64,000 nt of DNA. Source: Pseudomonadota bacterium. Lineage in GTDB: Bacteria > Pseudomonadota > Gammaproteobacteria > Ga0077536. Below the pieces are notes generated by a model. The model had not been told where the DNA came from. It searched no databases and saw nothing but the letters and a program-made list of their open reading frames with translations. This document shows positions 10,201 through 18,117 of the stretch, in pieces (the stretch's first letter is position 1; each line of letters starts with the position of its first letter). The position numbers and the translations under genes were made by a program. The stretch covers positions 8,704 to 72,703 of the forward strand of contig JAYWAC010000199.1 in assembly GCA_043782755.1 (NCBI GenBank), in the 5' to 3' direction.

Positions 10201-11487
10201 TCAAGCGACCAGGCGCACTGGCAATTTGGAAATACCGGAGACATGGGTGTTGCCGATGCGATGGGCCGGCCCCGCCACTTGCAGTCTGGGCAACACCGGC
10301 AGCAAGGCCTTCAGCGCCGAGCGCAGTTCGGCACGCGCGAGGTTGGTGCCGATGCAGAAGTGCGCGCCATAGCCGAAGGCGATGTGCTCGTTGGGCGTGC
10401 GGCCGATGTCAAACCGATAGGGATCATGGAATACCGCGTCGTCGCGATTAGCAGACGGATAGAACATGCATACCGTGTCGCCGGCCTTGATGCGTGTGCC
10501 GTTCAAGTCAAAGTCCTCGGTGCAGGTGCGCAGGAAGCTCACCACCGGCGAAGTCCACCGCAGGATCTCGTCGACCGTGCTGCCGATGAGATTCGGATCG
10601 GCGCACAATCGATCGCGCTGTGCGGGATGGTCGAGCAGGGCGACCAGGCCACCGACCGTGGCATTGCGCGTGGTGTCGTTGCCGGCCGCGATCAAGACGA
10701 ACAGATAGCCGATCAGTTGTTGATCGTTCATGAGCTTGCCCTGTACGCGGGCCGTCACCAGGCGATTGATGAAATCCGACGGTCCGCCGCCCGGCTTGCG
10801 ATGTTCGCGAATCAAGTTCTCGAGATACTCACGGAATTCATTGGACTGCCGCTCGGAAGCCTGCACAGGCGTTTCGCCGGGCAGCATGTGTTCGGGTTCG
10901 ACTTCGCCGATCACGGCGCTCGACCATACCAGGATCTGACGCCAGTCATCGGGCGCGAGGCCCATGATCTCGCCGGTCGCGGCGAGCGGCAGCTTGCAAG
11001 CGAGTTCGCGCACGAAGTCGACCGTGCCACGCGCCGCGAGACTCGCCATCAACTCGCCAGTGAACTGCGCGGCCAGGGTGTCGAAGTGTGCCGCCATGGC
11101 ACGCATGCAGCCCTGGGTGAAAGCGCCACTGGAAGCCTTCCGCGTCTGACGATGACGCGGGTCGTCCATGAAGACCAGATCCGGCGGCTCATAGGGATCC
11201 CAGCCGCGCTCGGTGCCGAAGGCATCGACGCCACCGCGCCCGAGCTCAACTTCATGCTTCAAGGTCAGACGCAGGCGCGGCCCCCCATTGATAAAGACGC
11301 GCGGGTGACCGGAGATGGTCATCACATCGGCATGGCGCGTGATAGCCCAGAACGGCTCGACGTCGTCGCGTTCATACCAATGGATGGGCGCTTCCTGACG
11401 AAGCAGATCCCAGGCCGCCCACGGAAAGCCACGCTCCGCATAGAGACTGGGCGTGTGTATGTCGATGGTCTTGAGATCGAGAGCCAT
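10201..11487 (-). CDS. Cytochrome P450
   Basis: I-helix AAGNDTT, EXXR, and haem-binding loop FGYGAHFCIG. Confidence 0.9.
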   Translation of the reverse strand: MALDLKTIDIHTPSLYAERGFPWAAWDLLRQEAPIHWYERDDVEPFWAITRHADVMTISGHPRVFINGGPRLRLTLKHEVELGRGGVDAFGTERGWDPYEPPDLVFMDDPRHRQTRKASSGAFTQGCMRAMAAHFDTLAAQFTGELMASLAARGTVDFVRELACKLPLAATGEIMGLAPDDWRQILVWSSAVIGEVEPEHMLPGETPVQASERQSNEFREYLENLIREHRKPGGGPSDFINRLVTARVQGKLMNDQQLIGYLFVLIAAGNDTTRNATVGGLVALLDHPAQRDRLCADPNLIGSTVDEILRWTSPVVSFLRTCTEDFDLNGTRIKAGDTVCMFYPSANRDDAVFHDPYRFDIGRTPNEHIAFGYGAHFCIGTNLARAELRSALKALLPVLPRLQVAGPAHRIGNTHVSGISKLPVRLVA

Positions 11488-12115
11488 GCCGTCGCTCCTC
11501 CCTAAATTGTGCTTGCACGTTCGAAGGCACTGGACGGATGGAGATCCGTCAGCTCCCCGCCTTCGGGTGATGCGTCAACGGGCAACGATGCGGCTTTGAT
11601 GTGGGGCTGGACTATCCCCCATTGGGGTAGTCGAGCGATGGGGGAGATATCTGGCGAGAATCGGATACCGTTCTTGGCAAGGCTTGCGGATCGCCCTTAC
11701 GGGGAGTAACTGCTCAGATCGCTGGATGGATCTAATGATATGGCCGTAGAGGATCAAATGTTATCGACGCTAGTTATCTATAAATTTATTCCTGTACAGG
11801 AGTATAGAGACATTGGCTTTCGACTGATTTTCTCGTTTTAGTCGGCATCTCGTTGATTAAATTTCCCGTACGAGCTGAATCATTTCTATCTCCGAAAACG
11901 CGTCTCGAATGGTGTTGAACAGGAATATCGATGAAGGGGCGTGGCAGAGTCATAGCCCTGAGATCCAATCCTTGCGGTACACGGATGGCCCCGTCCCGAC
12001 CTGGGCCAGGGTCAACTGCAAATCACAAGTAGCGAAATGAAGAAGCGAGAGGGTGGCAAGGGTCCCCCTACCCTCACCCGATCAACTCAATACGTCTGCA
12101 AGCTCGCTGGCGAGC

Positions 12116-14101
12116 TCAGTCCTGAGATGCCAGGCCGACCAGCACGGTGCCGCCCTGGACGGTATCGCCGACCGCGACACCGAGGCTTGTCACGACGCCA
12201 TCGCGGGGCGCACAGAGGGTGTGCACGAGCTTCATGGCTTCGAGAATTGCGACCGGCATCCCGGCGCTGACGACCTGCCCGACTTTGACCAGCAAGCCGG
12301 TGACGATGCCCGGCAGCGCCGCTCGCACATCGTCCGCCGCGTGGCTGAGGTCGCTGTCGGCGGCGCGGGCTCGCAGCGCCGATAACACGCGCAAGCGCAG
12401 CCACTGACCCGCGCACCACAGAGTGACCTCGTCCGCTGCACGACGGACCTGGTAGCGCCGCGCGCCACACAGCAAAACCAGCCCCCCCTGCTCGGCCTCA
12501 TAGCGCCGCACATGGTCGTCCAAATGACATTCGACGACGCGCTCACTGCGACAGATCAGCACCACATCGCGACGCATCTCGCCCTCGGCGACCTGCACGG
12601 CAAAACTCGCCGGACGCCCGGCTTGTGTGGTCAGCCGCAGGCCCTGACCGGCGTCCAGCGGACGGTCGGAGGCGTGGCGGGCGACCTCATGGAAATACCA
12701 GGCAGCGGCCGCCGCGCCCAGACGTTCGAGCTGTAGGTGGATGGCAGGCTGCCAGCCCGTCGGGAAGGCATCGGTGAGAAAGCCCGTGGTCAATATTTCG
12801 TCAAAGGCAGGCAGGTCGAGAATGGCCGCCAGCCAGGCCTGGTTGGTCTGCACGCCCTCGATGCGCATGCTCTGCACGCCGAGACGCAAGCGCTGCACGG
12901 CCGCTTCGCGCGTGCCGCCGAGCGCGATGAGCTTGGCCAACATCGAATCGTAATGCGGCGTGACCTCGCTCTCGGCGTCGATGCCACTGTCGACCCGCAA
13001 GCCCGGCAGGTCCGGCTCGGCGTAGGCCAACAGCGGCCCGCAGGAGCTTTGGTAGTCCTTGTCCGGCACTTCGGCATTGATGCGTGCTTCCAATGCCCAG
13101 CCGCTGCGGTGGATCTGATCCTGCGTGAAAGGCAGCGACTCACCGAGCGCGCTGCGAATCTGGGCTTCGACCAGATCGACGCCGGTAGTCAGCTCCGTGA
13201 CCGGGTGCTCGACCTGCAAGCGCGTATTCATTTCAAGGAAATAAGGTCCATCACCACGCTCGGCATCCAGCACGAATTCGACTGTGCCGGCCGAGTCGTA
13301 GGCGATCGCATGGCCAAGCGCCAGCGCGGCCTCAAACAAACGCGCGCGTACCATTTCACTCAGATGATGGGCCGGCGCTTCTTCGATGACCTTCTGATAA
13401 TTGCGTTGTATCGAGCATTCGCGTTCAAACAGATGCACCAGCGCACCGTGGCGATCGCCCAGCAACTGCACTTCGAGATGTCGAGGACGTGTAATACAGC
13501 GCTCGAGCAGCATGCGCTCGTCACCAAACGCCGCGCGTGCTTCAGCGCGGGCCGTGGCGAGCTGGCTGGCGAATTCATGGTGCGCATCGACGCGGCGCAA
13601 GCCCTTGCCGCCGCCACCGGCGCTGGCTTTGATCAGGAGCGGATAACCGAGCAGTTCGGCCTCGGCGGCCAAACGCGCAGCGCTTTGCTCGTCGCCGTCG
13701 TAGCCGGGGACACAGGCAACACCTGCTGCGCGCGCTAGACGCTTGCTTTCGATCTTCGAGCCCATGCGCGCGATGGCGTCGCGATGCGGCCCGATGAAGA
13801 CGATGCCGGCTGCTGCACAGGCGTCGATCAATTCGAGTTTCTCCGACAGGAAGCCATAGCCGGGGTGGATGGCCTGCGCGCCGCTAGCGACGGCGGCCTC
13901 GATAATCGCCTGGGCATTGAGATAGGACTCACGCGCCGGTGCCGGCCCGATGCGCACCGCGCTGTCGGCCTCGCGCACATGGCGGGCGTTGCTATCAGCA
14001 TCGGAATAGACAGCGATGGCGTGGATGCCGAGCTTGCGACAGCTGCGAATTACGCGGCAGGCAATCTCGCCACGATTGGCGATGAGCAGGCGACTGAACA
14101 T
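12116..14101 (-). CDS. Acyl-CoA carboxylase alpha subunit (biotin carboxylase + biotin carboxyl carrier domain; MCCase/GCCase/PCCase-like)
   Basis: ATP-grasp biotin carboxylase N-terminus MFSRLLIANRGEIACRVIR; C-terminal biotinyl-lysine motif EAMKL; 661 aa. Confidence 0.9.
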   Translation of the reverse strand: MFSRLLIANRGEIACRVIRSCRKLGIHAIAVYSDADSNARHVREADSAVRIGPAPARESYLNAQAIIEAAVASGAQAIHPGYGFLSEKLELIDACAAAGIVFIGPHRDAIARMGSKIESKRLARAAGVACVPGYDGDEQSAARLAAEAELLGYPLLIKASAGGGGKGLRRVDAHHEFASQLATARAEARAAFGDERMLLERCITRPRHLEVQLLGDRHGALVHLFERECSIQRNYQKVIEEAPAHHLSEMVRARLFEAALALGHAIAYDSAGTVEFVLDAERGDGPYFLEMNTRLQVEHPVTELTTGVDLVEAQIRSALGESLPFTQDQIHRSGWALEARINAEVPDKDYQSSCGPLLAYAEPDLPGLRVDSGIDAESEVTPHYDSMLAKLIALGGTREAAVQRLRLGVQSMRIEGVQTNQAWLAAILDLPAFDEILTTGFLTDAFPTGWQPAIHLQLERLGAAAAAWYFHEVARHASDRPLDAGQGLRLTTQAGRPASFAVQVAEGEMRRDVVLICRSERVVECHLDDHVRRYEAEQGGLVLLCGARRYQVRRAADEVTLWCAGQWLRLRVLSALRARAADSDLSHAADDVRAALPGIVTGLLVKVGQVVSAGMPVAILEAMKLVHTLCAPRDGVVTSLGVAVGDTVQGGTVLVGLASQD

Positions 14102-14107
14102 CGCGCT

Positions 14108-15700
14108 TTACATCCGATAAACCGGGCTAGGGCCTTCAAAACGCGGCGTGCTGGCGTCGGCCAATTCCAGGCAGATGCCGAGCACGTCGCGGGTTTGGCC
14201 AGGCTCGATGATGCCGTCGTCCCACAGCCGCGCGGTGGCGTAGTACGGATCGCTCTGGGTGTCGAACTGTTGGCGAGTCTGGGCCTCGAGTTCCGCCAGC
14301 GCGGCCTCATCGGCATCGCCCTTCAAAGACGCCCGCCTGAGATCGAGGAGCACATTGCTGGCGACATCGGCGCTCATGGTCGCGATGCGACTGTTCGGCC
14401 AGGTGAACAGGAAACGTGGCGCGAATCCGCGCCCGCTCATGCCGTAGTTACCGGCCCCGTAGCTGCCGCCGATCATGACGGTGAAACGCGGTACGCGCGC
14501 TGTGGCCATGGCATAGACCAGCTTGGCTGAATGCTTGGCGATGCCGCCGCGCTCGGCTTCGGTGCCGACCATGAAGCCGGTGATGTTCTGTAGGAACAGC
14601 AGCGGAATACGTCGCTGATTACACAGCTCGATAAAATGCGCGCCCTTCAAGGACGACTCCGAGAACAGCACACCGTTGTTGGCGAGAATGCCGACCGGAT
14701 AGCCGTGTACATGGGCGAAGGTGCAGATAAGAGTAGCGCCGTATTCCGGCTTGAATTCCTGCATTTCGCTGGCGTCGACCAGGCGCGCGATCACTTCGCG
14801 CACATCGTAGGGCTGCTTGAGATCGGTGCCGACGATGCCGCCGATCTCGGCGGCGTCGAACTTCGGCGCGCGTACCGCCTGACGCGTGGCGTGGCCCGCG
14901 CGCGGCCAATTCAGATGGGCGACGATATCGCGCAGCTTGGCCAGCGCCTCATGTTCATTCATGGCGAGATAATCGGTGACACCCGAGACCCGCGCATGCA
15001 TGGCCGCGCCACCCAAGGTTTCGCCATCAACCACTTCGCCGATCGCGGCCTTGACGATGGGCGGACCACCGAGATGAATGCGGCCAGTGCCGTCGACCAT
15101 CACCGACTCGTCGGACAAGGCCGGAATATAGGCGCCGCCCGCCGTGCAGCCGCCAAACACCGCAGACAACTGCGGCAGGCCATCGGCGCTCATGCGGCAC
15201 TGGTGATAGAAGGTCGTGCCGAAGTGGCCGTAGTCGGGAAAGACGCGGTCCTGCTCGGGCAGAAACGCGCCGCCGCAATCGACCAGGTAAAGACAGGGCA
15301 GGCGATTTTCCCAGGCGACCTCCTGGGCGCGCACGTGTTTGCGCACGGTCTCGGCGAAGAAGCTGCCACCCTTCACCGTCGCGTCGTTGGCAATCAACAT
15401 GCAGGGCACGCCGCTGACGCGACCGATGCCGGTCACCACGCCGGCCGCCGGCACCTCGTTACCATACAGACCGAAGCCCGCCAGTGCCGACAATTCGAGA
15501 AAGGGACTACCGGCGTCGAGTAAGAGATCGATACGATCGCGCACCGGCAACTTGCCGCGCTCGAGATGACGTGCGCGCAACTTCTCGCCGCCGCCTGCGA
15601 TAGCCCAGGCCATGCGCTCACGCAATTGCTCTAACAGCGTCGCATAGCTTGCGGCATTGCGCGTGAAGGTCTGCGCACGAACGTCGATACGGCTGATCAT
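14108..15700 (-). CDS. Acyl-CoA carboxylase carboxyltransferase (beta) subunit
   Basis: Carboxyltransferase N and C halves (GGEKLRARHLERGKLPVRDRID..., ...GGAYIPAL...). Start taken at MISRID (ATG at 15700). Confidence 0.88.
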   Translation of the reverse strand: MISRIDVRAQTFTRNAASYATLLEQLRERMAWAIAGGGEKLRARHLERGKLPVRDRIDLLLDAGSPFLELSALAGFGLYGNEVPAAGVVTGIGRVSGVPCMLIANDATVKGGSFFAETVRKHVRAQEVAWENRLPCLYLVDCGGAFLPEQDRVFPDYGHFGTTFYHQCRMSADGLPQLSAVFGGCTAGGAYIPALSDESVMVDGTGRIHLGGPPIVKAAIGEVVDGETLGGAAMHARVSGVTDYLAMNEHEALAKLRDIVAHLNWPRAGHATRQAVRAPKFDAAEIGGIVGTDLKQPYDVREVIARLVDASEMQEFKPEYGATLICTFAHVHGYPVGILANNGVLFSESSLKGAHFIELCNQRRIPLLFLQNITGFMVGTEAERGGIAKHSAKLVYAMATARVPRFTVMIGGSYGAGNYGMSGRGFAPRFLFTWPNSRIATMSADVASNVLLDLRRASLKGDADEAALAELEAQTRQQFDTQSDPYYATARLWDDGIIEPGQTRDVLGICLELADASTPRFEGPSPVYRM

Positions 15701-15788
15701 TGAGTAACGCAGTGTTCGATTGACACGAGGGTGAATGCGCCTGGACACTGCCTAAGGATTTTAGGAATTGCAAGCTTCGGAGTCTTCG

Positions 15789-16958
15789 ATGACAGTTGAT
15801 CACAGTAGCGCCGCCTGGCCTTATTTCAGCGCCGAACACGAGATGCTGCGCACGACTCTGCGTCGCTTCATTGCCGAGCGCGTCTTGCCACACGCCGATG
15901 CCTGGGAAGAAGCTGGCATGGTGCCGCGCGAGATCCTGCGCGAGATGGGTTCTTTAGGTCTGCTCGGCATCCGCTACTCAGCGCAATATGGCGGCAGTGA
16001 GATGGATACGCTCGCCACCGCCTTGCTCGCCGAGGAACTCGGTCGCTCTTCCTATGGCGGTTATGCTGTCACGGTGCTGGTGCACACCGACATGGCGAGC
16101 CCGCATCTGCATCATGCCGGCAATAAAGAACAGCTCGCGCGCTACATGCCCGACATCATCGCCGGCAAGCGCATCGCGGCAGTCGCCATGACCGAGGCCG
16201 ATGCCGGCTCTGATCTGGCCGGCATGCGTACCACCGCGCGTCGCGCAGGTGACGAGTGGGTATTGAATGGCGCCAAGATGTTCATCACCAACGGCGTCTA
16301 TGGCGACATCTATTTCGTCGCTGCCAAGACTGGCGCGCCGGGCCGCAATCGCGACATCTCGATGTTCATCGTCGAGAAGGGCACGCCGGGCTTCAGCGTC
16401 GCACGCCCATTGAAGAAGCATGGCTGGCTGTCCAGCGACACGGCCGAGCTCCATTTCGACAATTGCCGCATTCCGGTCGCCAATCTGCTCGGCGAAGAGA
16501 ACCGTGGTTTCTACTCCCTCATGCGCAATCTGCAGAACGAGCGCATCGTGCTGGGCGCGCAGTCCATGGGTGAAGCAGTGCGCGCCATCGAGCTCGCCGT
16601 GGAATGGACCACCCAGCGCCAGGCTTTCGGCAGCACCTTGTGGGACAAACAAACCATCCGCCAGCGCCTTGCAATGCGCAGTGCCCAAGTCGAAGCCTGT
16701 CGCTCGCTGATCTTCAATACCGCCTGGCGCGATGCCCAGGGTCAACAGGTCACCAAGGAAGTGTCGATGGTCAAAGCCCTGGCCGGTACTCTGGTCAACG
16801 AAGTGATGTACGACTGCCTGCAGTTCCACGGTGGCATGGGCTATATGCGCGAATCGGCCATCGAACGCATGACCCGCGACGCGCGCGTGCAATCCATCGG
16901 CGGCGGCGCGACGGAGGTGATGCTGGAAGAAGTGGCCAAGCGCATGGTGCCGCCATGA
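15789..16958 (+). CDS. Acyl-CoA dehydrogenase
   Basis: ACAD N, M and C domains (AAVAMTEADAGSD, GAKMFITNG, QFHGGMGY). ATG at 15789 with CGGAG 6 nt upstream; divergent from the carboxylase operon. Confidence 0.88.
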   Translation: MTVDHSSAAWPYFSAEHEMLRTTLRRFIAERVLPHADAWEEAGMVPREILREMGSLGLLGIRYSAQYGGSEMDTLATALLAEELGRSSYGGYAVTVLVHTDMASPHLHHAGNKEQLARYMPDIIAGKRIAAVAMTEADAGSDLAGMRTTARRAGDEWVLNGAKMFITNGVYGDIYFVAAKTGAPGRNRDISMFIVEKGTPGFSVARPLKKHGWLSSDTAELHFDNCRIPVANLLGEENRGFYSLMRNLQNERIVLGAQSMGEAVRAIELAVEWTTQRQAFGSTLWDKQTIRQRLAMRSAQVEACRSLIFNTAWRDAQGQQVTKEVSMVKALAGTLVNEVMYDCLQFHGGMGYMRESAIERMTRDARVQSIGGGATEVMLEEVAKRMVPP

Positions 16959-17010
16959 GCCATGGCTGCGTGCGTATGCTGAATCAGAACGCCAACGAAG
17001 AGGAAAAGCG

Positions 17011-17304
17011 ATGAGCTGCCAGGTGATACTCGAATTCAATGCCAAGCCCGACTGCGTGGAGAAAGTGCGCGCGTGGTTGAAAGGCGTGCTGCCCGACACG
17101 CGCTCCTTTGCTGGTTGCGTGACGTTGCACGTGATCCAGAACCAGGAAGACCCGACCGGTATCGTGATTGTCGAGCAATGGGACAGTCGCCAGCACTACG
17201 AGAAATATCTCGCCTGGCGCACCGAGCGCGGCGACATGGTCGAGTTCGGCGCGATGATGGCGGGACCACCGAATATTCGCTTTTTTGATTATTTCCGAGT
17301 GTAA
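17011..17304 (+). CDS. Antibiotic-biosynthesis-monooxygenase (ABM/Dabb) domain protein
   Basis: 97 aa; ferredoxin-like ABM pattern (VILEFNAKPD...VEQWDSRQHYEKYLAW). Confidence 0.65.
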   Translation: MSCQVILEFNAKPDCVEKVRAWLKGVLPDTRSFAGCVTLHVIQNQEDPTGIVIVEQWDSRQHYEKYLAWRTERGDMVEFGAMMAGPPNIRFFDYFRV

Positions 17305-17309
17305 AACCG

Positions 17310-17354
17310 TGGCGCCCTGTAGGTGCGACCATTCGCACATCCCTTGCAGGGCGC
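17310..17354. repeat. REP-like nested palindromic element (core GTGCGACCATTCGCAC inside outer stem GGCGCCCTG/CAGGGCGCC)
   Basis: Perfect inner and outer inverted repeats between the convergent ABM and cupin genes. The same core recurs at 17874-17959, 19952-19979 and 40927-40952. Confidence 0.75.
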
Positions 17355-17367
17355 CTTACCGCCTTGT

Positions 17368-17862
17368 CTACTTCTCCTGAAAATCCCCCGGCCACTTGTC
17401 GCGCCAGTCGTGCTCGAAATCGGCGACCGTCACGGCGCGCTTCAAGCTCAGATCGTCGTTCAGCAATTCGTAGATCACATCGGTCTCGCTGCGCATGCCG
17501 AAGAAGATGATGGCCTGTTCGTGGCCCGCGCCTTCGATATGTACTTCGCCTTCACCGCCGTGGGAATAGCTGCCGGCCGGCTTGACCTTCACCACTTCGC
17601 CGCCGTTGATCTGCTCACGCACGCGTAGCTCGCCTTCCAGCACCAGGGTCGAAGTGCAGGCCGCGTGGCGGTGATACATACACTGACCTTCGGCCTCGAA
17701 CTTGACCAGCATGTCGGCGGTGCGCGCCGCGACATCGACGCTCAGAATCCGGTAATAGGTGCCGGGCGTGAAAAACTTGTGCCACTCGACGGTGCTGGTG
17801 TCGTATTTGAAACCTGCTTTGTCGACGCTGCTGACGGCCTGTGCGGCGGCGTTATTACTCAT
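17368..17862 (-). CDS. Cupin-domain protein, function unknown
   Basis: Start at MSNNAAAQ (ATG at 17862). The longer listed ORF N-terminus MCEWSH is translation of a REP element. Cupin-like beta-sandwich motifs present. Confidence 0.5.
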   Translation of the reverse strand: MSNNAAAQAVSSVDKAGFKYDTSTVEWHKFFTPGTYYRILSVDVAARTADMLVKFEAEGQCMYHRHAACTSTLVLEGELRVREQINGGEVVKVKPAGSYSHGGEGEVHIEGAGHEQAIIFFGMRSETDVIYELLNDDLSLKRAVTVADFEHDWRDKWPGDFQEK

Positions 17863-17873
17863 AATCGTAGTCC

Positions 17874-17959
17874 CCTGTGGGTGCGACCATTCGCACATTG
17901 AAATTGATCATCTCGGTCCCCGTTTTGGAATGAAGGTGCGAATGGTCGCACCTACACGG
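17874..17959. repeat. Inverted pair of REP-like elements (GGTGCGACCATTCGCAC ... GGTGCGAATGGTCGCACC)
   Basis: Two copies in opposite orientation separated by about 35 nt, in the cupin/PQQ-ADH divergent intergenic region. Confidence 0.75.
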
Positions 17960-18117
17960 GTCGCGCGACGACATTCGTACGACCAGGCGCTTACCGAGAA
18001 CGCTGCCTGCCATTCTAACGCCTGATCCGCCCGACGCCGCCAGATCCGTCATCGGCAGGCAGCGCCGTCACGCTCTGCTAGAGTGCCGCTACTCCATCTT
18101 CACGGGCAGGCCACACC

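Noticed and set aside
10243-11505. 420-aa + ORF antisense to the cytochrome P450 gene; similar long antisense ORFs at 8708..9718, 12737..13738, 14636..15523, 15978..17099(-), 18151..19206(-), 20736..21920, 3812..4831, 4844..5872, 6717..7967
   Set aside because: Each lies opposite a gene with strong family-specific motifs. GC-rich genomes routinely produce long open antisense frames.
16984-17340. ORFs whose N-termini read MCEWSH... / MCEFN... (16984..17340 -, long form of 17368..17898 -, 40438..40950 -)
   Set aside because: The shared N-terminus is simply the translation of the REP palindrome ATGTGCGAATGGTCGCAC. They are not genes, or not the real start.
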